Shown in pieces: positions 28,430 to 41,310 of a stretch of 64,000 bases of DNA. Made by a program: the position numbers and the translations under genes. Source of the DNA: the human T2T-CHM13v2.0 reference genome, Homo sapiens. How positions within the stretch are numbered: position 1 is the stretch's first letter; each line of letters begins with the position of its first letter. The notes beneath the pieces are model-generated. The model was not told the DNA's origin. It worked only from the letters and a program-made list of their open reading frames with translations, and did no database searches. The stretch is from NCBI RefSeq assembly GCF_009914755.1, contig NC_060942.1. One strand, written 5' to 3'.

Positions 28430-29170
28430 GTATCTTCTAACTTTTCTTATTCAACCCTGTTTTTAAAGATCTACTCACGATGCTACATATAAGTCTAAGT
28501 GATTGCTTTTTACATTCCATCATATGCCATGCTATTCATACATTGGTAAGTCTACTAACAGTAATAGCTCTGCCATGAACATGAACACACCTTATTCTTG
28601 AGCACCTGAGTGATTTGTGGAGGGTATATTTAGCAGTAGAATTGGTGGATTGTTGGGTGTATCCACACTAAATGTCAGCAAACTCAGTGAGATTATTTTC
28701 CCAAATAGCTCTGTTAGATTATATTCTCACCATCAAGGTATCAGGGATTCCATTTCTATATATCTTCACCAGCATTTGATGTTATGCAACTTTTTAGTTT
28801 TTGTCAATCTGATGATTATAGACTGACACTTTATCAATGATTTAATTAGTATTTTCCTTAGCAGTAGAATTGGTGGATTGTTGGGTGTATCCACACTAAA
28901 TGTCAGCAAACTCAGTGAGATTATTTTCCCAAATAGCTCTGTTAGATTATATTCTCACCAGCAAGGTATCAGGGATTCCATTTCTATATATCTTCGCCAG
29001 CATTTGATGTTATGCAACTTTTTAGTTTTTGTCAATCTGATGATTATAGACTGACACTTTATCAATGATTTAATTAGTATTTTCCTAATTTTGAAAGAGT
29101 TTGGGCATCTTTTAATATTTACTACCCATTTAGGTTTCTCTTGCTGTGAATTGCCTATTCAGAGACATTG
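28430..29170 (-). mobile_element. old L1ME-type fragment
   Basis: TTAGCAGTAGAATTGGTGGAT...TATATTCTCACCA...GTGAATTGCCTATTC, antisense L1 3' region. Confidence 0.65.
28630..29086. repeat. 2 x 228-bp near-perfect tandem duplication
   Basis: Copies start at 28630 and 28858; two substitutions seen by eye. Confidence 0.95.
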
Positions 29171-30299
29171 CTTATTTTTTTTCTTTAGGTTTTCTTTCTT
29201 TTTCTCCTTTCTTTTCTTTTTAAAAATGTACCATATGGACAGTCTTTTTAAAAGGCTTTTAACACTAGGAAAACTTTGGGCTTTCCTAAAAGCTATACAA
29301 CTGTCATGGGTAAACTTTATTGCATTGACTTTGACTTTCAAGAAACCTACAGCCATATTTGCCATGTAATCACAGCTGTGTTTTCCCTTTCAGCAAGTGT
29401 ATTCGCATTCTTGTACTTTCTTGGAACCTAATTTTTGCATTCAATGTTATTATTAACTTTATTTTTATGTCTCTTGTCATAACCTGACTCAAAAGATGTT
29501 TTGAAGGAGTCAGGCACAAGTGAATCAATAAGCTTATTTTTTTTCAAAATGTTCCAGTTTAATTTAAATTGGTCTTCTTGCTAGAACAAAATGTGTTCCC
29601 ACTCACCTTAAAGTGACAATAGGCTTCTGAATTCCATGGCTGTAGGTGTCATCTAGTTCAACAACACGCTTTTCAAATAGGAGATGGAAGACCACTGAAG
29701 TCACCTGAAGCTGTTTAGGAGACACAGGCTGGAGCAAAACTGGAATGGCCTAGCATTGAATCTGGTTTCTCTTTTCTTTTTATTTATTAATGTAATAAAA
29801 AAAATTTTGGTTTCTATTCTGCTTAGTAGAAAAGGTTTATATATGGATCACATGTCTGTGTGTGTATCTCTGTGTGAAAGTGTCTGTTTTTTGTAAAGTT
29901 TATGTATTTTTCTTCCCCTCTCTCATTGGCATTTATCTCGATGTAATTGACTTGAGGTTTCTGGTCTTGGTAAATTTCCTATTATTTCAAAAGCTTTGAA
30001 AAATTATTAAATCTAATTTAGAAGTGTAAAATTCCAACTCAAACTTTGGAAGTCAAATTAAAACTCCTCTCTTTGGTAATCTCTGAGATAGTATATACAA
30101 ATATCATCCCTCTTATTAATTGTTCAGCTCTTTTCTTAAATCATACATGAATGACTTGTCAAAGACAAAGTATTAGCATCAGAAAGATTCTCAGTATCAG
30201 GACTTGGAGGTCATGTTGCACTTCAGTCTGGAGCTTCTGAGAATGGAACCCTGATCTCCCATCCTCGTAGGATCCCCACTTTCCCGGTGAGGCCTAAAC

Positions 30300-30615
30300 A
30301 GGAAGGGAGCACCACAGCTGGGAAGAACCCCATGTTCCTGATCTGGATCAAGGGAGTGCTACCCCCACAATGGTGATACTAATGCTTTTTCACGGAAACT
30401 GGCTTCCGAGTTCAACAAGACAGGCAAAGGGGACGTGGCAAATTCCCCTCTTAACACTTATGCTCGGAGTGACATGTCTGTTCGTGCTCACAAGCTGGCA
30501 TTAAAGCAACTCACGTGGCCACATCTGTCTAGAAGGGGTCAGGGGAGTGCAATTCTTTTATGTACCCAGAAAGGGGGGAGAAATATTGGGTAAAGACTAC
30601 TAATGACTACCACCT
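30300..30615 (-). mobile_element. old MLT1 (MaLR) LTR remnant
   Basis: TCACGTGGCCACATCT...GGGGAGTGCAATTC...TAATGACTACCAC. Confidence 0.5.
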
Positions 30616-31198
30616 TCTGCAACCCTCACTTTTTCTGACTATGATGATAATGACACCCTTTGCCTTTACATAGTATAGCTGTGCCTAATCAAAGGGCACA
30701 CTGGCCAGACTTAGAGGTGGGAGTGACTTCTAAGGAGCATGGACTTTACCTGGGAAGGTGATGGGCTTGCTGGGGAGCTGTGGTGTTCGAGAGCCAGATG
30801 GTTGACTCATGAAACAGTAATCCAGGAGTGAAACAGAAACCAAGTTCTTAGGCAGGCAGTGCTACCAAGTCATCAATATGAAGGGACCAGGCAGAGAGCA
30901 GGAGACTCGGACACTGGGGAAATCAGACAAAACAAGAACCCACCTACCTGCCCTCTGTCCTCCTGCCTCCCATAAGTACTTCTTGTGCACTTATAAAGTG
31001 GCAAGCACTATTTTAGGTTCTAGGGATTTAGCAGCGGAAAGACAAGTAGAGGAAATAAAAAAGAGTGTGTGAGGCCTTGAGTGTGCATAGGTGGAGTGAC
31101 CCTGTCCAAGGTCATGTGTGTGCACTCTACACTGAGTATTTCATACCCACGGCTCATTTGAAACATACAAGAACTCAAAGAGGTGAGTACTGCTATTA

Positions 31199-31419
31199 CA
31201 GGTTGAGTATCCCAAATCCAAAAATCTGAAATCCAAAATACTCCAATGAGCATTTTTTTTTTGAGTGTCACATCAGTACTCAAAAATTTTCAGATTTTGG
31301 ATTTTCAGATTTGGGATGCTGATCTGGTAAGTGGAATGCAAATATTCCAAAACCCAAAAAAATCTGAAATCTGAAGCACTTATAGACCCAAGCATCTCAG
31401 ATAAGGGACACTCAACCTG
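31199..31419. mobile_element. Tigger4 (MER46/Zombi) MITE, inserted in a MIR
   Basis: TA|CAGGTTGAGTATCCC ... GGGACACTCAACCTG|TA terminal inverted repeats with TA TSD. Confidence 0.88.
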
Positions 31420-33152
31420 TATAACCATTTTTCCAATGAGGCAACAGTTCTTCAGGGTGGTAAAGTGATTGGCCCACGGTCATGCAATTGATCCAAGTCC
31501 TGGTTTTCTGACTCTAAAGGCCCTTTTCATTTTATTTTTGGACAATAACATTGTCATTTTTAACAGAACAAACATATTGTAAGTTTCCAGAGTTTAGATC
31601 TCTGCCTTCTAAGGTTACTGTTTTCCATCTGAGTTCTATTTTCTGCTGATAATTACTAAGTTTTGAAAATAATTCAAGCCATATATATACAATTTATAAA
31701 TATCATATATACACATATATAAAATTGTTTTACATGACTGCTAAGGGATTCTTCAAACTGACATTTTTAAAAGCCAAGTGAATATATTGAAGGTATTTTT
31801 AAAAAACAGTTACTTTGATTTGAAACAATCTCTTGTTATGATAAAAGTAGTCTCATCTCTAAAATAGCCAAATATAGACAGCCATAAGATAATTAAATCA
31901 GAATCTGTTTTCTCTTCCCAGGAAGTGAATCTAAGTGTCAAGACAGTCCCCACTCTTTTCAGGCTTATAGTATTAACAGCATCACATCACAAAATGTTGT
32001 CAGGTTCTTGCGGCAGCAATAATGCTTTCATTTATAAAAGGTGACCACGGTTCTTAAGTTGGTTCCTCTTGACCTCTGTCATCTACACACACAAACATGC
32101 AAAGTCACTAGTTAGGTTAAGTTGAATTTAGTTTAAGAAGTGCTAGAAAAAGGCTTCTGAACTGTTGAAACCATGCCAGGGGTCAGTGGGTGGATTTTTC
32201 ACTAAAAGGGTCATACAGATGTCTAGGTTTTTCAGTGTGAGATATCCATATTCTAAAATGCCATTCTGAGCGGGAAGCAAGAAAGGGTTTTACAAAGCCT
32301 ACTTTAAAAGTATAATGAAGCCAAATTCTTCTGCTCCAGTTTAGAAGGGGTTTTGCACTTTTCAGGGTGGAATACTTAAAACTCAAAATTCACAGACCAA
32401 ACAGGTACACAGGACACAGGTACTTAGGGGTTGGATGTTACCAAAGGGTGAAAAAAAAGAAGAGTCGAGAGAATAGGAATTTTCTTTCTATAGCACTATC
32501 TATGAGATGGAGCTCTGAGTATAAGCAATCATTTCTGGTTCTCCAGATTGGAAAAATCATCAGGAGATCACATCATAATCTGTGAAGTAGAAACTATCCT
32601 TTAGTGGTGCCACATTTTCTATTTCTGATTCTTTGGACACACAGGGACTTTCTGGGCTATGAAATAGTCTATTCAGTGAAACTAGTTATCATAAAAGACA
32701 TGCAAAAACCTTTTCACAGTCTTTGTCCTGGAATATCTCACAAAATTAATTATAAATTGGCATGCGACTTTCTGATTTAGCCTGACAGGATTGTTCCTTT
32801 CCAAGGTTTAGGCACTAAGCTGCTGTTATTAAGATAGGAATTGTACAGGTGGTGGCTCAGCCCCAAGGGAGGCTCGGCCTGAATAACCTCACTATGCAGA
32901 AGTAGAGAGCACCTGGGGAGAAGAGACAGGCTCCTTACATCCTGGATTACCCTGACTCTACTGCAGCCACAGTGCTGTTCTTGAGTTTTATGTCAGGTGA
33001 ATATTAACAATAGCAGTAGGATAGGGTACTAGATAGTCAGCATGCTTTTTAGGAAAAAGCACAGAAATTTTGGAGGTTTTTGGTATATCCTAACATTTGA
33101 TTTGTGTGATGTCTCTGAGGCTCGCTTCCCCATTTAAAAATAGAAATAATGT

Positions 33153-33431
33153 GGTCTGGTGTGGTGGCTCATGCCTATAATCCCAGCACTTTGGGAGGCT
33201 GAGGTGGGAGGATCACTGGAGGCCAGGAGTTCGAGACTAGCCTGGCCAAAATGGCAAAACCCCACCTCTACTAAAAATACAAAAATTAGCTGGGCATGGT
33301 GGTGCATGCTTGTAATCCCAGCTACTCGAGAGGCTGAGGCAGGAGGATTGTTTGAATCCGGGAGGAGGAGGTTGCAGTGATCCAAGATTGCCACTGCACT
33401 CCAGCCTAGGTGACAGAGCAAGACTCCGTCT

Positions 33432-33464
<33 letters not shown>
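33153..33464 (+). mobile_element. Alu (Sz/Jb-like) with A32 tail
   Basis: Dimeric Alu; poly-A at 33433-33464. Confidence 0.93.
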
Positions 33465-33466
<2 letters not shown>

Positions 33467-34829
33467 ATAATGATATGCTCTAGTGAAATTAAATGAGACG
33501 GCACACTTACCTAGTGAGCCCAGAGTCTGGGGCATGGTCAGGATGCAAAAAATGTTAGTTCCCTCATACTCCTTCTCTTCTCTGTAGGAAGAAGTGATTT
33601 CCATCATTTATGTTAACACAGATTCCCTTGTTATATAAAACTGTAATTTATTTGAGATCAACTTAGAACTTTGTTGTTGCAAAAACAGAGAGATAGCAAA
33701 ATGTAACATAAAAAACACCTCAGATTATGGTGACTCAGATAATTTGCTTTCCAGCTCAGCAGTGTTAGGGAGAGCTTGAGTAATGAGTGACCTTGAATTT
33801 GATTTACTCCACTTAAGCTGCTCCTTAAAACCATTCTTTGTGGTGCCTTCAAGATGGTTTTGCTTAAGTAGCATGTCTTCCTCAAATGGCCCTTGATAAC
33901 CAATCAGTTGTGGTGTCACCTACCTCAACAGAAAAGAAAAAACATTTCAATCTGGAGAAAGATAAAGTGTGCTTCTTTGCTAGAAATGGCTGTAAAGTGC
34001 TACCAAGTAGAAAAATCTAGAAACAAACCCAAGATTGTCAAGAAGATTCTAAAACTTAGCTCTTCCTTTCCTAGATGAGGGGCTGTTATTGCAAAGACAA
34101 TCTGAGGCCTTGGGGATTTTAACATAGGTTACCCAAAATATGTAAATATATAGGGAACTGTCTCTCTGTATTTACATAGCTATTCATTACTTTTATTTGT
34201 AACTCTATGCAAAGCATATTTATATAAAAAAATACAAAAACACATAATAGACCATAAAAGTGACATGTGGAAAGCAGCATTACCTTGCTCTGCTCTGAGG
34301 GGGCATCAGCCTCCTGACTTGCTTGTGCATTCAGGTGGCAGCAAATACGTTATTACCTGATCTCAGTTTTAAAAAAGCAGGCACAGGGCACATCACGCCA
34401 AATGTTGAAATGATCAAACTAAACAGAAACTTGCTTAATATGAACAGTGCTACTCACCCTGACTTGATTATACAATGTATACATGTGTTGAAACACCATA
34501 CCTTATTCCATAAATATATATAAATATGTCAATACAAAAGAAAATAAAACTTAAAAGAAAAAATGAAATCTGTTATCCTTACATCTTTTTTACCTTTATC
34601 ACATCCAGTCACGCCTCACTGATCAGTTTCAGGAGATGAGGCATCAGTGTAATTACATTTTCCAGACTACTGAAGTTTAACATTTAAGCACTGAACCCTT
34701 TTATTGTAAGCATTTGTGATGGGAAGTTTTCTCAAATGCATCACATTATTTCCCTGCTTTGTGAATTAAATGTGCTAAATGCCATCTAACCCTTTGTTTT
34801 TTTCCAAGCAAGTAGCATTTTTACTTAAA

Positions 34830-35412
34830 TTTTTTTTCAAGTATGCAATACATTAACAATAGTCCCCATGTTGGACACTAGGGCTCTTGAAGTCATTCCT
34901 CCCATTCAACAAAAATTTTATATTATTTGATCATCATTTCTCTAAACCTCACCTTCTCCATAGTAACCACTCTTTTACTCTCTGCTTCTAAGAGTTTGAC
35001 TTTTTTAGATTACACATGTAAGTGAGATCATGTAGTATTTGTCTTTCTATGCCTGGCTTATTTCACTTAGCATAATGTCCTGTGGGTTCATCCATGTTGC
35101 AAATGACAAGATTTTCTTCTTCTTAAGGCTGAATGGTATTCCCTATGTATATATACCATATTCTCTTTATTCATTCAACCACTGATGGATGCTTAGACTG
35201 ATTCCAGATCTTGGCTATTATGAATAGTGCTGCAATAATCATGAAAATGCAGATATCACTTTGATATACTGATTTCATTTCCTTTGAATATATACCCAGT
35301 AGTGGGAGTGCTGGTAGTTCTATTTTTAATTTTTTGAGGACCTTCCATATTGCTTTCCATAATGGCTCTACTAATTTACCTTCCCACCAAGGGTTCCCTT
35401 TCCTCCACATCC
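34830..35412 (-). mobile_element. L1MA-type 3' end / ORF2 C-terminal remnant
   Basis: ORF 35171-35410 (KLKIELP...LLGIYSKEMKS...FIIAKIWNQ) is degraded L1 ORF2. Confidence 0.88.
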
Positions 35413-35922
35413 ATCTAACGGCCTCTTAATGACTCCATTTTTATTAAATAAATAGTTGAGTGGGCAAGAAACTCTGAAATGATTCCATTTCCCAGGCCTA
35501 TCCTTGTATTTTATACCTGAATGCTAGAGATGCTAAGTGACTTGCTAATGCCCACACAGGTGGATATACCAGGAGCTCACCCTAATGCCTACGTTTCCTA
35601 ATTCCTAATTTCAGTGTCTTCCTAGTAGACATAATTCCCAATAATATTGAATTCTTGGTCCTTGCTGTTGTTCTCACCAGGCAGGTTCTTCCCTTAAATT
35701 CAAGTGTGCCCTAATGTCTCTCCTACTTCAGGGTTTTCCTCATTTATCACCTTCTCAGTAAGGCCCTCCACGATGGCCCTATTTAACTTGGCAACCTCCT
35801 TCCACTCATGGCATTCCTTTTGGTTTTCTTTGATTTGTTCTTTTCTCTACAGCATTGATCACCTTCTCACATTCTATTTATTGCCTTTCTCCTCCCACTA
35901 GAATGTAAACTCCATTAAGAAA

Positions 35923-36239
<317 letters not shown>

Positions 36240-36261
36240 TAATAGGTGCTCAATAAATACT

Positions 36262-37047
36262 TGTTAAGAAAATCATATATGGCAGATGCACCTGGCAGCA
36301 GAAACTTAACTGAAGTATACCCTGAGAATGACCTTATGGGCTAAGAAGAATGTGTGTTCAGAGTTCCAAGCTAAGGAATCCAGGAATGGCCAACCCAGAG
36401 ATTCATTCTTTTCCAGAGAGGAACATCTGAACCTCCAGCCCATCCCATGGAATCGAGGCCATACAGGGGATTGAGGCCTCTTGTTTTGGATTGAGTGAAG
36501 GTTGCCAAGTGGAGGTAGCTAGTTGGAAGGTGGTAAATGAAATTGCTATGTAAACTGTATGCTTTTGGCTGGGTGCAGTGGCTCATGCCTGTAATCCCAG
36601 CACTTTGGGAGGCTGAGGCGGGCAGACTGCTTGAGCCCAGGAGTTCGAGACCAGCCTGGGCAACATGGTGAAACCCATTGTCTACCAAAAATACAAAAAA
36701 TTACCTGGGTATGGTGGCATGTGCCTGTAGTCCCAGCTACTCAGGAGGCTGAGGTGGGAGGATTGCTTGAGCCCGGGGAGGCGGAGGTTGCAATGAGCTG
36801 TGATTGCACCACTGCACTCCAGCCTGGGTGACAGAGTAAGACACAGTCTCAAAACAAAAACAAAAACAAAAAACTACTGCAAGCTTTTCACAAACGGTAG
36901 CTGTTCTATCCAGCCCATCGCCACTGGACCACCCTACATAAATCCCCTCATTAAACCCTATATCTCGTTCACTGGCTCTGGGTCTCTTCTTTGGCCTCTC
37001 AAACATGGCGCCATTCCTATTGAAGTCAGCAGGGGTCCAGCATGACA
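36262..37047 (+). mobile_element. solo LTR (LTR47-like) interrupted by an Alu
   Basis: TG...CA ends; GGCAGATGCACCTG...GAGTTCCAAGCTAAGGAATCC...GGGGTCCAGCATGACA. Confidence 0.65.
36567..36873 (+). mobile_element. Alu (J/Sz-like)
   Basis: Dimeric Alu with (CAAAAA)n tail. Confidence 0.93.
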
Positions 37048-39668
37048 AATCATTGGTCTGAATGACAAAACTTGACAGAGTTTGATTTCTGAATAAGTCA
37101 GTTCAATAACAAAGAGATGTATAAGTTATTTTTTTTCTGCTGGTGGAGAAGATATACGAAATTATGTGTTGAGCAAAGTCTGGTTTGAAAAAAAAAGGAA
37201 GGTGGAGTTTTAGCTGGTTAATCAGTATCAAAAGTTGGCTTCCTATTAGATGATACAATAAAATATATATTGTATTTACAAACATATTTCTACCAAACTA
37301 CTGAAAACATTGGTGACTATACCATCAACTAAATTTGTAACTAAAATAATGGCCCCCTCATGAAAATCCTCTGTAAGTGCACCCGGAAAGGGTACCATCA
37401 ACGTTTCATTTTGTTCGCCCAAAAGCAGTCTCACTGGTTCAATAGGGAGCTGTTATGGCCCCTTTAGAGGCAGTTGATGGGAAATAAGCAACAGTGTTTG
37501 TCAAGGAACCATTTGTTAAAACCACAGGGGTGGCTGGGTAGTTTAAAGAGTAATCTTCAGTAAGGTGCATGAAAGAGCTTTCCAATAGTCAGTTTCAAAG
37601 GAGGATGAGTCTTTGAGGGATCTGTCTGATGATAATGAAAATATAATGAAGGTTAAAGTGTTCTTTGCAGTTTTTACCATAGGAAATGATTGGAAGGAAA
37701 CTAACATTTTCAAGTAAGGAAATGATTCATAAATTACTGACAAGAAAATAGTGCTTCAATTAAAATGATGATGATAAAAATGACAGAGCAACTTTGAAAA
37801 ATCATATGAAACAATATTAAATTCTTGACATATATGAAACCACGTGTGGTGGCTATGGTCATATGACATATGGTCATATGTGAACATATGCACACAGATA
37901 AACAAGGTAGCATTATGAGTAACAAGCAAAATTATCCCTTTTCTCTAGTTTCCCGGTTTTGATACTTCACATTGCAAGGAATAAAATAATAATAAAAACA
38001 TATTGGTCATGGGGCATGAGTGATATTAACAGTAGTTTACCTAAGGTAACTAAGGAAAACTTGATTTAAATGGAAGGTGATTGCTGACATTTTCATACTG
38101 ACATTTGAAAAGAATTTCCAAAACTGTGCTTTCTGAATTTGCCTGATAATAGCTGCATCACCCACAGACCTAAGGGATGTGAGGTAAAACAAGCTTTGAT
38201 GTCTTTTGGAGATTCATCATGCAACTACTAATTAAAGGGTCTGAAAATCTCTGTAGTCTACCTATTGATATTGTGAGAAAACCAGTGTTTTACAGTGCAC
38301 CATTAGCAAACAGTGCATTAAGCACACAGATACCTTGGTTTTTCCCCAATAAAGTTTTGAACATCAAAAAAAAGAAAAATAAGAAAACAAGACATAACAA
38401 AGCTAAGTCCAGGTTTCTTTGTCCTTGAAAACTTTCTGAGGAAGACTGGCCTTATATCTAATTGTTGGGGTCAGGAGGTAAAGAGGAAACCTCTCTCCAA
38501 AGACAGAAACAGCTAAATCAAAGCCTGTCCCTAGAGAGTTTCTACAGCAGGGCCGGCTAAAATCCAGGGGTGGATGATCATGTCACATCGTTTGGACACA
38601 AGTCACTTGGAAGCCAAAGTTTTAAGGTGTATAGAATGGATTTAGGGGCTACTAGGAAGGTTTCTGAGCCCATGTACTCCCATCATATCCTGTACTATCC
38701 ACTATAGGAGTGTTTAAATTATCTTAAGGATTGTTCTCAATAGAGTGCAAACCTCTCTGTCTCTGTCTCTCCGTCTCTGTAAGCTTCTTGATGATAGCAA
38801 ACATTATGGTCACCTTTGTATCCACAGTGGCTGGGTCTTAGTTGGTGTTGGATAAGTAAATACACATTGAATTAATGACAGAAAGCATGAATAAATGAAT
38901 GAATATTATTGTAAGCTACAGAATATGAATATTGGATCAGAGGAACTTATTCTTTCCAAGTGCAGCTCTTAAATAAAATAGTCCTTAATCAATGATATAT
39001 TTCCATTAGATTGGAAGGTACAAGAATAATAGTTCTCAACCTTTCCCTAGTTTCTGCCCTAATCATTAGTTATTTCATTTTTATTTTTATTCATTAATTT
39101 CATTCATTATTTTTAATTTCATATGATATGATGTGTAAAACATTGAAACAGTTCAGATAAGGCTAACGTGTCTCTTGACCATCACCCGCCAGTTCCTACT
39201 CAGAGCTGGAAAGCTTGGGGTCTGTTTGGCATACAAGATTGTCTTCAAGGTCCTTCTATTTTAGGAAATATAAATTACTTAAAATTTTGTCAGTGGCTGC
39301 AGAGGATTCCATAAAATGGTTGTACCATAAGTTATTTAGTTTTCTCCCATTGATAGACATTTATGTGTTACCAAGGCTTGCTATTATGGGAAATGTATCA
39401 GTGAACATCTTTGTATCCTAGGCCAGATACTCAGAAATAAAACTGTTGGATAATAAATTTAAAAATTCAAATATGGCCAAACTGTCATCCAAAAAATGGC
39501 TCACCACATTTACATTCCTGCCAGCAATGTAGAGCATATGCATTTTCTATATCTCTGCCAAAATATTTCTATTATCAAATTTAAATTATTTTTTTCCAAA
39601 TAATTCGGGTGAAAAATGGTATCTTCCTTTATTTTGCACTTCCCTGATTACCACTGAAGTTTAGCAAC

Positions 39669-40306
<638 letters not shown>

Positions 40307-40862
40307 TAGCCAAGATATTATTAATCACATTAAAATCACATTAAAAACATAAAAATCATTAAAAACCCACACAAGTCACAACTATAAATTAACTAGTCCT
40401 GTTGCCTTATTGTAAGCAAAACTGTACCTTTAAACTATTCACAAATATATAGTTGTCAATTTGGTGGCTCCTGAAAAGATCTCTAGCATTACAGATTTTA
40501 TAACCTTCCTCAGTAGGAAGTTGGAATGCTTCCTACTTCCAACACCTTTATAGCAAAGTTGGTCACCTTTCTGGAAAAACAGGCCTCACTTCAAGAGAAC
40601 GTCACTTATTTCACTTTGTAGGTGAACCCTGTCTCACTAACATTGCCTTCTTGTGTACAGACATGAGGTTTATACTTTTGTAGCCTTTGTGCCTAGCACT
40701 GTGGTGGGCCCATGAAAGAAACAAATATATTACAAGTGTAATGAATTTAGCAATTCAGTCATAGTAAACTTTCAAATGCCTGAAATTACAGACTCTAACT
40801 ACTTTCCCCTGCACTAAATGCTAATTCTTACCACCATTTGAAAAAAAAAAAAAGTCTTCTTG

Positions 40863-41154
40863 TTCTGTCCTTGTGATAGTTTGCTGAGAATGATGGTTTC
40901 CAGCTTCATCCATGTCCCTGCAAAGAACGTGAACTCATCCTTTTTTATGGCTGCATAGTATTCCATGGTGTATATGTGCCGCATTTTCTTAATCCAGTCT
41001 ATCATGGATGGACATTTGGGCTGGTTCCAAGTCTTTGCTATTGTGAATAGTGCCGCAATAAACATACACGTGCATGTGTCTTTATAGCAGCATGATTTAT
41101 AATCCTTTGGGTATATACCCAGTAATGGGATGGCTGGGTCAAATGGTATTTCTA
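40863..41154 (-). mobile_element. L1PA ORF2 C-terminal fragment lacking 3' UTR and poly-A
   Basis: Translates to LEIPFDPAIPLLGIYPKDYKSCCYKDTC...WMKLETIILSKLSQGQ. Confidence 0.95.
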
Positions 41155-41310
41155 AGCTACTAAGGAGGCTGAGAACACAAGGGGGGACTGCTTGAGCCTG
41201 GGAGTTCAAGGCTGCAGTGAGCTATGATGGTGCCACTGCACTCCAGCCTTAGGGACAGAACAAGACCTTGTCTCAAAAAACAAAAACAACAACAAAAACA
41301 AAAACAAATA
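41155..41310 (+). mobile_element. AluJ/FRAM right-arm fragment
   Basis: AGCTACT...GGCTGCAGTGAGCTATGATG...GTCTCAAAAAACAAAAAC. Confidence 0.88.

Noticed and set aside
29627-29639. CTGAATTCCATGG, a partial match to mature miR-146a
   Set aside because: Only 13 nt match; the seed and precursor hairpin are absent.
40814-41209. 131-aa ORF with real protein similarity
   Set aside because: It is an L1 ORF2 C-terminal fragment entered from antisense Alu sequence, not a gene.
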